Below the pieces are notes generated by a model that searched no databases, was not told the origin of the DNA, and saw only the letters and a list, made by a program, of their open reading frames with translations. The translations under genes and the position numbers were made by a program. From an uncultured Bdellovibrionales bacterium (lineage in GTDB: Bacteria; Patescibacteriota; Minisyncoccia; Moranbacterales; UBA1568): DNA of 64,000 nucleotides. Location: NCBI GenBank assembly GCA_964436855.1, contig CAYTED010000002.1, positions 13,925 to 77,924 of the forward strand, read 5' to 3'. The stretch's first letter is position 1; each line of letters begins with the position of its first letter. Positions 47,027-56,503 of the stretch are shown here, piece by piece.

Positions 47027-48421
47027 CTATTTTCCAAGTATTTTCCGGCCGACTTCAAATACATCGCCCGCGCCCATTGTTATAATAACATCGTTTCGCC
47101 CCATTTTGGAAACGAGTTCTTCCACAATCGATTCTTTGGATGCCGAAAAAAACGCTTTTCCATTTGAAAATCGATTCATTTCAGCCACAAGTTCTTCGGA
47201 GCTGACACCTCCATGCTCTTCTCTCGCGCTTCCATAAATCGGAAGGATATGTACTTCGTCCGCATTCTCGAAACACTGTGCGAATTCCCCAAAGAGCGCC
47301 CTGGTGCGGGTGAATGTGTGCGGGTGAAACACGACCCGGATATTTTTTTTCGGATAGAGTTCTCGAAACGCCTTCAAAGTCGCGCGAACTTCTTCTGGAT
47401 GATGCGCAAAATCATCGTAGACAAGCGCGCCAAACCGTTCGCCAATATATTCAAATCGACGTTCGGTGCCCTCGAACGAAGCGAGTGCTTTCGGCATTTC
47501 TCCCGATTCCACTCGAAGAAAATCAAGAAGCGCGATTACGGCAGTTGCATTCAGTGCATTGTGAATTCCGGCAAGTTGCAAACGAAATGCCCCCAAGATT
47601 TCTCCCCCTTTAGATACGTTGAATGATTGATAAAAATGATTTTCTCCCCCGAGCGACATATATTCCGTAATGTGATATTCCGATCCCTCGATCGTCCCGT
47701 AGGAAATTTTTCGACATATTGCCGCCTCCGCGATATGGACAACGTCAGCCGAATCATTGCAGTACACAAGAACGCCGTGTTTTGGTATCCGCATAACAAA
47801 TCTCCGAAACACTTCGAGGTACGATTCTTTATTTGGAAAAAAATCCGGATGATCCCAATCCGCGCTGGTAAGAATGACGGCGAACGGATGATAGAACGAG
47901 AGTTTATCCTGATATTCATCTGCTTCAAGCACGAGAAAATCCCCGTTTCCGACGCGCGCATTTCCTTTCCATTGCGAAAGCGTACTCCCGACGATTGCGC
48001 TCGGATCTTTCCCGAGTGATTCGAGTGCCATCGCAAGCAGGCCCGAAGTTGTCGTTTTTCCGTGCGTGCCACACACCGCAAGCGTCAGTTTTTCTTTCGA
48101 GAGTTCTCCGATCGCTTCCGGATACGAAAGAATTTTTTTCTTTGATTGTCGCGTTGCGGTTATTTCCGGATTGTTTGCTTCCGTATAAGCGGTTGAAAAG
48201 ATAATAAGATCCGCATCATTTGGAATGTTGTTCGCGGAAAATCCTTCGGTTACGGGAATATGGTGCAAGCGAAGCACCTTGTCGGTCGTAAATACCTCGC
48301 TTGTGTCCGATCCGGTGATCTCTATTCCTCGCGCGAAAAGCATTTCGGCAAGCGCCGTCATCCCCTGACCTTTAATCCCGATAAGATGTGCTTTGCGAAT
48401 TGAGGCAAAAAGAGATTTCAT
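47027..48421 (-). CDS. murC: UDP-N-acetylmuramate--L-alanine ligase
   Basis: GIKGQGM, GTHGKTTT, EADEY and DDFAHHP motifs. Confidence 0.97.
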   Translation of the reverse strand: MKSLFASIRKAHLIGIKGQGMTALAEMLFARGIEITGSDTSEVFTTDKVLRLHHIPVTEGFSANNIPNDADLIIFSTAYTEANNPEITATRQSKKKILSYPEAIGELSKEKLTLAVCGTHGKTTTSGLLAMALESLGKDPSAIVGSTLSQWKGNARVGNGDFLVLEADEYQDKLSFYHPFAVILTSADWDHPDFFPNKESYLEVFRRFVMRIPKHGVLVYCNDSADVVHIAEAAICRKISYGTIEGSEYHITEYMSLGGENHFYQSFNVSKGGEILGAFRLQLAGIHNALNATAVIALLDFLRVESGEMPKALASFEGTERRFEYIGERFGALVYDDFAHHPEEVRATLKAFRELYPKKNIRVVFHPHTFTRTRALFGEFAQCFENADEVHILPIYGSAREEHGGVSSEELVAEMNRFSNGKAFFSASKESIVEELVSKMGRNDVIITMGAGDVFEVGRKILGK

Positions 48422-48427
48422 ATCCGG

Positions 48428-49546
48428 TTATCCGATCATTGAAAAAATTCCGTTGGCAATGTCATCGGCGGCATCCGCGTGATAAAACACTTTTAATTTT
48501 TCTCCCATTTCTTTCCGAACCGATTCGTTTGAAAGCAGTTCTTGTATTTTTGAGAGGAAGATGTGTTCGGTGAGGTTTCCTTCTTCAAGCACAAACGCTC
48601 CGCCGATCGCCGCAACGTCGTAAGCATTCATTCGTTGTTCGTCGTTTGCCGCGCTTGCAAGCGGTACGAGAATTGCCGCCTTTCCATATGCGGCAATTTC
48701 CGCAATCGATCCCGCGCCGGCCCGAGAAATCACAAGATCCGCCGAAGCGAGCGCGTCGCCTATTTCCTCGGCGGAAAGAAACTTTCGCGGACGATACCCC
48801 TTTTCATCATCCGGACTAACGCCGAAAATTTTCGCGTTTTCAACGGTTGATGCAAAATTTGCCTCGCCGGTCTGATGAATAACCGATGCGACTTCGAGTA
48901 TTTTCGGGAGGATTTTCACGATCGATTCATTGAGAAACTGCGCCCCGAGACTTCCTCCAACCACAAAAAGAATTGGCTTTTCGGAAGGAAGCGTAAAGCG
49001 TTCTTTTCCGCGTATCGTATCGCCTCCAAGCACATCCGATCGAACCGGATTTCCCGTCAGCGCCGTTTTTTTCGAAGGAAAAAATTCTTTCGCAGACGGA
49101 TAAGCGACCGCGATTCGATTTGCAAATGTTGCCAAGAATCGATTTGCACGTCCGGCGACGGCATCCGAATCGTGAAGCATTACCGGAATCCGATATATTC
49201 GTGCCGCGATCACAACCGGCACCGAACCGGATCCGCCCTTTGAAAACACCGCGTCCGGCATAAACCAAAGAAGGTGCCAGAGCGATTGGATAACGCCGAT
49301 CGGCACTTTGAGAGGATCGGTCAAATTCGCGAATGAAAAGTATCGGCGCATTTTTCCGGAGAGAATTTTTTTGGTCGATATACCGGCACGTTCCATCGCC
49401 TCCGATCCAAACGATCCGCCGGGACCGATAAAGAGAAATTCAACATCGCCGCGCGCTTTTTTTCTGATCGATTCGGCAACCGAAAGAAGCGGGAAGAGAT
49501 GTCCGCCGGAAACGCCACCAGTAAGAACAATACGAATGGAAGCCAT
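48428..49546 (-). CDS. murG: Undecaprenyl-PP-MurNAc-pentapeptide GlcNAc transferase
   Basis: GGVSGGH, GGSLGA, SRAGA and EQRMNA motifs. Confidence 0.97.
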   Translation of the reverse strand: MASIRIVLTGGVSGGHLFPLLSVAESIRKKARGDVEFLFIGPGGSFGSEAMERAGISTKKILSGKMRRYFSFANLTDPLKVPIGVIQSLWHLLWFMPDAVFSKGGSGSVPVVIAARIYRIPVMLHDSDAVAGRANRFLATFANRIAVAYPSAKEFFPSKKTALTGNPVRSDVLGGDTIRGKERFTLPSEKPILFVVGGSLGAQFLNESIVKILPKILEVASVIHQTGEANFASTVENAKIFGVSPDDEKGYRPRKFLSAEEIGDALASADLVISRAGAGSIAEIAAYGKAAILVPLASAANDEQRMNAYDVAAIGGAFVLEEGNLTEHIFLSKIQELLSNESVRKEMGEKLKVFYHADAADDIANGIFSMIG

Positions 49547-49655
49547 AAAAAATGATTTATGATTTTGGATTTAAGATGTAAGAATGAAAACAATGTTGAA
49601 TTTTAGCAATTGATCCGCATTCTTCAATCATCAATCATACATCCTAAATCTTAAA

Positions 49656-50777
49656 TCACATTTTCAGTCTAGCTTCTCGGGAAATGTTGAGCAAGATTCC
49701 AACCGCCGCAAGGAGCACGAGAAGCGAGGTACCGCCATAGGACACAAACGGAAGCGGCACACCCGTCAGCGGGATAAGACCGGTAATCGCGCCGATATTC
49801 ACAAATGCCTGCCCCACAATCCACGACGTAATACCAACCGCGACCAACATTCCAAACCGATCAGGCGCTTTTCGAGCTATTCGGTATCCTCGAATCGCGA
49901 TAAAAGCAAATAATGCAACGATAATAATCGCTCCCACAAATCCAAGTTCTTCTCCGATGACTGCATAAATCGAATCGGTTACCGGCTCGGGAAGATAGTT
50001 GAATTTTTGTCGGCTATACCCAAGTCCCACACCAAAAAACCCACCTGATCCGATCGCGACGAGCGCTTGCGTCATTTGGTATCCAAATCCCTGCGGATCG
50101 TGTTCGGGATTGAGAAAGACAAGAATTCGCTGCATCCGATAGGGTTCAAGTTTTATAAGCAACAAAAGAAAGAAAAACGCGGCGCCGATGAGTCCGAACA
50201 GATGCGTCAGATTCGCCCCGGACGCGAAAAAAATCGAGAGACTGATAAGAAAAATCAGAAAAAGTGTTCCGGTATCGGGTTGCTTGAGAATAAGAAATCC
50301 CACTCCGCACAGAATAGCAAGAAACGGAACAAATCCCTCATAAAAATCCTTCGCCTTCGTCTCTCCTTTTTTGGCAAGCCACGCTGAAAGATAGAGAATA
50401 ACCGAGAGCTTCATCATTTCCGACGGCTGAAACGAGATCGGTCCGATCTGTACCCAGCGCGCCGCGCCGTAGGCTGTCGTTCCGAATTCCGGTATGAACA
50501 CAAGAATAAGAAGAAGGATGGAAAACCCGAAAAAAGGAATGACGAGTTTTTTCCAAAATTGATACGGGATTCGCGACATCACATAAAGAGCGATCAGCCC
50601 AAATGAAAAACCGATCAGCTGCCGCTTGAAGAAAAAATACTCGTCGCCAAACCGAGTCTTTCCATACACAACCCCTGCGCTCGCAATAGCAATCAATCCG
50701 ATTGCAAGCAACGCAAGGACCGTAAAGAGAAGCGGTCGATCGATTCCTTGAAATGTTTTTTGTATTTTTGATACCAT
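49656..50777 (-). CDS. ftsW: SEDS protein FtsW
   Basis: FQPSE, LPEPVTDSIY and PLTGVPLPFVSYGG motifs; adjacent to murG. Confidence 0.95.
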   Translation of the reverse strand: MVSKIQKTFQGIDRPLLFTVLALLAIGLIAIASAGVVYGKTRFGDEYFFFKRQLIGFSFGLIALYVMSRIPYQFWKKLVIPFFGFSILLLILVFIPEFGTTAYGAARWVQIGPISFQPSEMMKLSVILYLSAWLAKKGETKAKDFYEGFVPFLAILCGVGFLILKQPDTGTLFLIFLISLSIFFASGANLTHLFGLIGAAFFFLLLLIKLEPYRMQRILVFLNPEHDPQGFGYQMTQALVAIGSGGFFGVGLGYSRQKFNYLPEPVTDSIYAVIGEELGFVGAIIIVALFAFIAIRGYRIARKAPDRFGMLVAVGITSWIVGQAFVNIGAITGLIPLTGVPLPFVSYGGTSLLVLLAAVGILLNISREARLKM

Positions 50778-50822
50778 TTCGATGAAAACACAGATTTCAA
50801 AACACACAATACCAAACCTTCT

Positions 50823-51602
50823 TTATTTTTTCGAATTTTCATCCGATTGACTTTTTCGCCATTTTTCAATCTCTGCGTGATGACCAGAAAGCAACACTTG
50901 AGGGACATTCCATCCACGAAACTCTTCCGGCTTCGTGTACTGCGGGTATTCAAGTACGCCCTCTTCCGAATGCGATTCGTCGAGGATGCTTGTTTCGTTC
51001 CCCAGGACACCCGGGAGAAGCCGCGTCACCGCATCGATTACGATCATCGCCGGTAATTCTCCGCCTGTCAAAACATACTCTCCGATCGAAAGCTCTTCAT
51101 CAACAAGATGCTCCGCGACTCGCTCATCTACGCCTTCATATCGCCCGCACAGAAAAATGAGCCGCTCGTATTCCGCCAATCTCTTCGCGTCTTTTTGCGT
51201 AAAAAGTTTTCCTTTTGCCGAAAAAAGAATCATTCGCGTTTTCAATTCAAACCCCTCCCTGCCCTCCCCTTGGAAAGTGGAGGAGGAAGAGAGGGTATCG
51301 TGCTCTCCTGCCCGACGGGAGCTCCCCGCTCCAGCGGGGTGAGGGGTGGGAAATTCTTGATTCGTGATTCTTGATTCTGTTACTTCCTTCACCGCTTCAA
51401 AAAACGGTTCCGCTTTCATCACCATTCCAGCACCACCACCATATGGCGTATCGTCGACGGTTTTGTGTTTGTCGTGTGTGTAGTCGCGAAGATTGTGAAT
51501 ATGAATATCGATTTTTCCGTCTTCTCGTGCGCGCCGAAGAATGGATACATCAAAATACGACGTAAACGCCTCGGGAAAAATGGAAATGATATCGAATCGC
51601 AT
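50823..51602 (-). CDS. trmD: tRNA (guanine-N1)-methyltransferase with a ~45-aa repeat-derived insertion
   Basis: [22 protein letters not shown] and [11 protein letters not shown] motifs. Confidence 0.98.
   Translation of the reverse strand: MRFDIISIFPEAFTSYFDVSILRRAREDGKIDIHIHNLRDYTHDKHKTVDDTPYGGGAGMVMKAEPFFEAVKEVTESRITNQEFPTPHPAGAGSSRRAGEHDTLSSSSTFQGEGREGFELKTRMILFSAKGKLFTQKDAKRLAEYERLIFLCGRYEGVDERVAEHLVDEELSIGEYVLTGGELPAMIVIDAVTRLLPGVLGNETSILDESHSEEGVLEYPQYTKPEEFRGWNVPQVLLSGHHAEIEKWRKSQSDENSKK
51251..51378. repeat. Palindromic element plus heptamer tract in frame within trmD
   Basis: ACCCCTCCCTGCCCTCCCCTTGGAAAGTGGAGG...GGGAGCTCCCC...; ATTCTTG/ATTCGTG units. Confidence 0.8.
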
Positions 51603-51719
51603 GCAAGAAGAATGAAGAATGATGAATCAAGAATCTCGAAAAAAATGAAAAAATCCGTGTATCTCTCCGGAGCTTGATCCGCTTTAGTATATCATAAAAA
51701 ATCCTTTAAAAAAGGAATT

Positions 51720-53102
51720 TTAATTGCCTTTTTCAAGATCGCTCCACACGATATCCTCGTTCATCGTAATGGATTGCTTCGTCTCCGCCCCGTCTTTTCC
51801 GATCATAGTGATCGTGAGCGGGATATCATTCAAGCCCGCCTGTTTCTGAAAAAGAAGATCGTATTCTCCATCGCGAACCCCTTCCGGAAGATCGTATTCG
51901 ATAGAAACTGTTTTTTCCGCACCAATAGGAAACTGCACAATCGCTCCAATCCATTTTCGATCGCGGTACTCACCGTAGACCGGATCCTTTGCCGCGCCGC
52001 TGATCGATCGGATCCAACTCCCCTTCGGAATATAGACTCGGAGGAACGATTGGTATTCTTTGGTCATCCAGTCGCGCTTTTCCGCGGTGTGGAGATAGGT
52101 GATATCGAGTTTCGCCGTCGGTTTCTCTCTGGAAAGGTCCACGGTATACGAAAATGACCGCTTTACAAAATAATCACTCTTGAACGATCCGAGATTCGCA
52201 TCGACCGGAAACACAAAATCTCGATCAAATGACGATCCGAACGACCCATCCCAACCTGCCGCAACGATCGCGTTTTGCAATTCCGGATCGGAAAAAAATA
52301 CCTGAATATCTTTTCGGTTCAAATCTTCAAAAATAACTTTGGCAAGTTCGTACTGATTGCCGATGCTTAGCTCCTTCACCTTTCGAAGAATTTCGTTTCC
52401 AAGAAGTCCCATCACGGATTTTCGTTCCCCTTTTTCGATGCCTTGCTTTCGATACCCCTGTTCGACCTGATATTCGAGATCGAGAATTGCGTTGTCGGCA
52501 CCGTAGGTTCCGGGAAATCCCTCGATCGTAACCGGCCCGGTAATGCGAAGGAACGACGAAAGAACGTTCGCCGTTACGCCGATAACACCATCGAAATGTT
52601 CCTCGCCGCCACCCATTGCGTAAAATCGTTTCGCCTCCTCGGCATTGTCCCGAAAATCAGGGTGCCAGTTTGAATCGCGAAGTTTCCATGACATCACTTT
52701 CAGCGTCTCCGGAATCGGGTATGGCGCCGGAACCGTATCCGGAATACGTCCATCGAAATTTCCCGTGTCGTGCGTTGAAAATTCCGTAATCTGACCATCT
52801 TTTATCTTTAAAATCCCGAAAGACCCTATAAATCCGCCACCCGGACGCAGCTCGAGATTATTCTGAAAAAGAAGCAGGAAAGTTTTCTCTTCACCTTCCG
52901 TGTCCAGAAGTTTCGATCCAACAAACGAAACCGTTTCGATATTTCTCTTTAAGTCGTTTGAAATCGGCGCAATGCCGGTAAGGTCCTTCAGCGAATCAAG
53001 TCCGCGACTCCGCACCTCCCAAAACAAAAACCACGTCGCGAGAAAAAGAATCGACGCAACGATAAACAGTGTCCAGAATTTTGGAGAATACTTGTCGTGC
53101 AT
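51720..53102 (-). CDS. DUF4012 membrane-anchored protein
   Basis: LLLFQNNLELRPGGGFIG and LRDSNWHPDF motifs. Confidence 0.9.
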   Translation of the reverse strand: MHDKYSPKFWTLFIVASILFLATWFLFWEVRSRGLDSLKDLTGIAPISNDLKRNIETVSFVGSKLLDTEGEEKTFLLLFQNNLELRPGGGFIGSFGILKIKDGQITEFSTHDTGNFDGRIPDTVPAPYPIPETLKVMSWKLRDSNWHPDFRDNAEEAKRFYAMGGGEEHFDGVIGVTANVLSSFLRITGPVTIEGFPGTYGADNAILDLEYQVEQGYRKQGIEKGERKSVMGLLGNEILRKVKELSIGNQYELAKVIFEDLNRKDIQVFFSDPELQNAIVAAGWDGSFGSSFDRDFVFPVDANLGSFKSDYFVKRSFSYTVDLSREKPTAKLDITYLHTAEKRDWMTKEYQSFLRVYIPKGSWIRSISGAAKDPVYGEYRDRKWIGAIVQFPIGAEKTVSIEYDLPEGVRDGEYDLLFQKQAGLNDIPLTITMIGKDGAETKQSITMNEDIVWSDLEKGN

Positions 53103-53199
53103 ACAAAAAGAAAAGATTTACTGATACCGCGACAAAACCACAACCCTATTATCGATCATCCGTATCTCGTTATCAACTCTCCGTTATCCGATATCAGGA

Positions 53200-54219
53200 T
53201 TATTTTGGCATTTTCCCCGACAATAACTCGTTTAATCGACGCTTGTATTCTTCGTCGGTCGGCTCGCGATTCATATCTTGATCCGTATCTTTTTTTGACC
53301 CCTCTTCTCTTCCCTCAATACTCCGTGGTACTTCCTGTTTTGTTTCCGGTTCGACTTCCGTTGTCAAATCACCCTCCTCTTTCGATGCAACAAACATATT
53401 AAGCGCATCTTCCTCTGAAATCATCGGCAGATTCTCCGGAGCCGGACCGCGATGAAAGTGCCCGTAATCAAACTGTTCTTCTTTTGTTTTTGCAACGGGA
53501 AGATCGAATGGAAACATTCCTTCTTCTGGTTTTTTCGGAACGAAATGATCTTTTGGAAAAGACACGACTGGTGACGCTTGAATACTCGTCAGAGGATTTT
53601 TCTTCGACTGTGGTCGAACGTCTTCCTGTAATTCTCTCGGCCATTGCGTACGAGAAAAACGCATTTTCGCAAAGAGTAACACTCCTCCGAAAAACAAACT
53701 CGCAACAAAAATTCCCGAAGCGATTGACGCGAGAACGAATTCCCATTTCGAGACGATGCCATCTTTCGTTGAAATCTCCACAATCCGAAAATCAAGATCG
53801 GATCGGACATCGTAATACCGACTGGCAAATGAGAAGAGACGGAGCGAGAGATCTCGAGCGGATTCTTCCGCCGTTATCGGATCATCGGACGAAAAAGAAA
53901 GCCGGAGAATTGGTTTTCCTGTTTTCTCAAGCACAAGATCCCCGGAACGAAGTGTCTCATAGTCTCCCATTTCTTCGGATGCCTCAAACAAAAAATCGCG
54001 CGATTGCGAAAACGCAAGCAGCGCATCCGTTGCCGCATCGACTTCTATCGCGCCCTTTTCGCTTTTTGCGAAAACGAGAAGCAATGCTTCGCCGCGATAC
54101 TCGCGAAACGACTCCAATAAAAACAGGCCGGATACAAAAGACGCCAAAAACACCGAAAGCGCAAACGAGGAGAGCATGCGCTTCGGGTAGCCGTTTTGTT
54201 GTGTCTTTCGTGTAAACAT
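53200..54219 (-). CDS. Wzz/CpsC-like 2-TM protein with an acidic disordered tail
   Basis: Two TMs flanking an external domain; C-terminal EPTDEEYKRRLNELLSG; glycan-cluster context. Confidence 0.6.
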   Translation of the reverse strand: MFTRKTQQNGYPKRMLSSFALSVFLASFVSGLFLLESFREYRGEALLLVFAKSEKGAIEVDAATDALLAFSQSRDFLFEASEEMGDYETLRSGDLVLEKTGKPILRLSFSSDDPITAEESARDLSLRLFSFASRYYDVRSDLDFRIVEISTKDGIVSKWEFVLASIASGIFVASLFFGGVLLFAKMRFSRTQWPRELQEDVRPQSKKNPLTSIQASPVVSFPKDHFVPKKPEEGMFPFDLPVAKTKEEQFDYGHFHRGPAPENLPMISEEDALNMFVASKEEGDLTTEVEPETKQEVPRSIEGREEGSKKDTDQDMNREPTDEEYKRRLNELLSGKMPK

Positions 54220-54222
54220 ACC

Positions 54223-55401
54223 TTACTTCGAAAAAACAAATGTTCGATATTTCAGTCGCTTCCCATACCGTTTTCGAAGAAGCGAATCGTATAGTGCTTC
54301 CACTTCTTTCGCGATCGCTTTCCAATCGAAGTGTCGCATGGCCCGCTTTTTGGCAAGCAAGGAAAGACGCGCCATTTCTTCCGGCTGATTCACGAGAGAA
54401 GAAAGTTTTCGTTTGAGATCGACAACGCTTTTATTTTCGAATGAAATCCCGGCATCGCCCATCCCTTCGATATTCGCCGGTATATCACTCGCGATAAGCG
54501 GCAGGCCATACGAAAGCGCCTCAAGGAGCGCGTGCGACAATCCCTCGTCTTCCGACGGCTGCACAAACACTGCCGCGTGAGAAAAAAGCTCCTGCAGCTC
54601 GCGACCGAATCTCTCACCGAGAAACAGAATATCCCGATCGTCTCGCGCAAGTAACTTGAGATAATCAACATACTCTTCCGTTTCCGCGTGTGTTCCGACA
54701 ATAACAAGCGTATATCCATTCGGAAGCTCCGCTGTTTTTTTCATTTGCTGAAACGCGCGAATGAGATAATGAATACCCTTATGTCGCACGAGTCGACTGA
54801 CCGAAAGAATATACCTCTTCGGTTTCACGCCGATATTTTTCAAAAACTCAACACTCTCCGTCGGATATGCCTCCGCACCATTTGGAATAAGAGTCAGATC
54901 GGCTTTCGGATAGGTTTTCTTTGCGTAATCAAAAAGCGTCTTACTGATGGTGATCGTTTTCTCCGGAACAAAACAAACCACTCGCTCTGCAACATGCAAA
55001 ACGGAACGCGCAAACAGATTCCACTTTTTGTGAAAGTAATCTCGGCTATTAAATGTTCCGATTACCACCGTTTTTGGAGAAAAAATTCGTGGCAAAATCG
55101 AAAAAAGTCCCGGTCCGAGCGCATGATAATGAATCACGTCGTACCGTTCGACGAAGATTGCATGCAAGGTCGCCGTAAGAGTGTGCGTAATTGCATCAAG
55201 ATGTTTTGTCTTCACTCCCCGTGTATGAATCAATCGCACACCACGATATTCACGAAACGCCGGATCGGTATAATGCGACCGGACGTAACATGTAACATCA
55301 TGTCCAAGCAAAGCAAGCTCGGCCGAGAGATGCTCGGCTCGCTTTTCGACTCCTCCAGACTTCGCCGGAATTCCTTTTTGTCCAATAAATGCGATTTTCA
55401 T
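54223..55401 (-). CDS. Glycosyltransferase family 4
   Basis: KGIPAKSGGVE, RLVRHKG and EGLSHALLEA motifs. Confidence 0.94.
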   Translation of the reverse strand: MKIAFIGQKGIPAKSGGVEKRAEHLSAELALLGHDVTCYVRSHYTDPAFREYRGVRLIHTRGVKTKHLDAITHTLTATLHAIFVERYDVIHYHALGPGLFSILPRIFSPKTVVIGTFNSRDYFHKKWNLFARSVLHVAERVVCFVPEKTITISKTLFDYAKKTYPKADLTLIPNGAEAYPTESVEFLKNIGVKPKRYILSVSRLVRHKGIHYLIRAFQQMKKTAELPNGYTLVIVGTHAETEEYVDYLKLLARDDRDILFLGERFGRELQELFSHAAVFVQPSEDEGLSHALLEALSYGLPLIASDIPANIEGMGDAGISFENKSVVDLKRKLSSLVNQPEEMARLSLLAKKRAMRHFDWKAIAKEVEALYDSLLRKRYGKRLKYRTFVFSK

Positions 55402-55439
55402 AGATACTCTCCTCATTCCTTACGGGTTCGCTCTCGGTA

Positions 55440-56381
55440 TTACCGAACGCGAATAATATGAGAAATATTCCCCTTTCCATTTCGTTCGAAATCGGTTTTC
55501 GCGTCGAAAAATACATTCTTCAGTGCTGCATCATTCGCAACACCCTTTACAACTTTCGCAACCCCGTAGGATTTGTTTCCAAGGATATTCGAATTATTGA
55601 AACTGACCTTTCCGGGAGCATTTGTGAGCGCATAGACCTCGATTCCATCTCGACCGCTATCGCGGAACGAGTTCTTTTTCCCAAAAATTTCCGAACCATT
55701 GATGTTCGCTTTCAAAGCAACGCCCTTGTTATCATGGATACGATTTTTCTCAAGCCATGCTTTCACGCCGCTTTGAAAATCAATACCATCAAGATCGTTA
55801 TCGTGGATTTCCGTATTGACCATCACAACATAATGCCGTTCAGAATACAGTCCGGTTCGATCGCTCTCGCGAATCTCGGAATCTTCGATATACACGCGAT
55901 GCTTTTTGTCACGTTTATCTGATTGGTCGATATGAATTCCGTCACGATCGCTCTTTTTCACGAGCACGTCGATAATGTCAGCCTTCGCATCCTCTTTCAC
56001 GCGAATACCATGGCGACCCCCTTCGACTGTAATTTTCGAAAGCTTTGATTTATTTTTCATTGTTACCGTTGGCTCCTTATCATCGCCCTTGATAGTAACA
56101 TCGTCTGTTTTGAAAGTGTGACTCCGCAACGAAACACCGGACGGAATCTCGATATTTTCTTTGTAGGTTCCATTTTTTACACGGACCGTATCACCGGATT
56201 TCGCATGATCAAGCGCCCGATCGATAGTGTGATACGGATGCGCCGATGTTCCTTCTTCGGAACCGTTTGCATTCTTATCCACGTAGATCGTTTTTGCACC
56301 ACCAAACACAAATACCGGCACTATCAAAAGAATGGCCGCAATAAGGGCAAAAATCCCTGTTTTTTGATTCAAAAATGGCAT
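55440..56381 (-). CDS. Secreted right-handed parallel beta-helix protein (DUF1565-like)
   Basis: Signal peptide, IYVD..GTSAHPYHTI..A, V.NGTYKE and repeated GI beta-helix units. Confidence 0.85.
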   Translation of the reverse strand: MPFLNQKTGIFALIAAILLIVPVFVFGGAKTIYVDKNANGSEEGTSAHPYHTIDRALDHAKSGDTVRVKNGTYKENIEIPSGVSLRSHTFKTDDVTIKGDDKEPTVTMKNKSKLSKITVEGGRHGIRVKEDAKADIIDVLVKKSDRDGIHIDQSDKRDKKHRVYIEDSEIRESDRTGLYSERHYVVMVNTEIHDNDLDGIDFQSGVKAWLEKNRIHDNKGVALKANINGSEIFGKKNSFRDSGRDGIEVYALTNAPGKVSFNNSNILGNKSYGVAKVVKGVANDAALKNVFFDAKTDFERNGKGNISHIIRVR

Positions 56382-56503
56382 AAACAAAGGCCTTTCGGCG
56401 AATTAGAATTTGACCATACATAGTAGCAAATTTCTCTGTTTTTGTCAATATTGGTTGCGGTGAACTATAATAAAAAAGCGAGTGATACAAAAAGAAAATA
56501 CAT

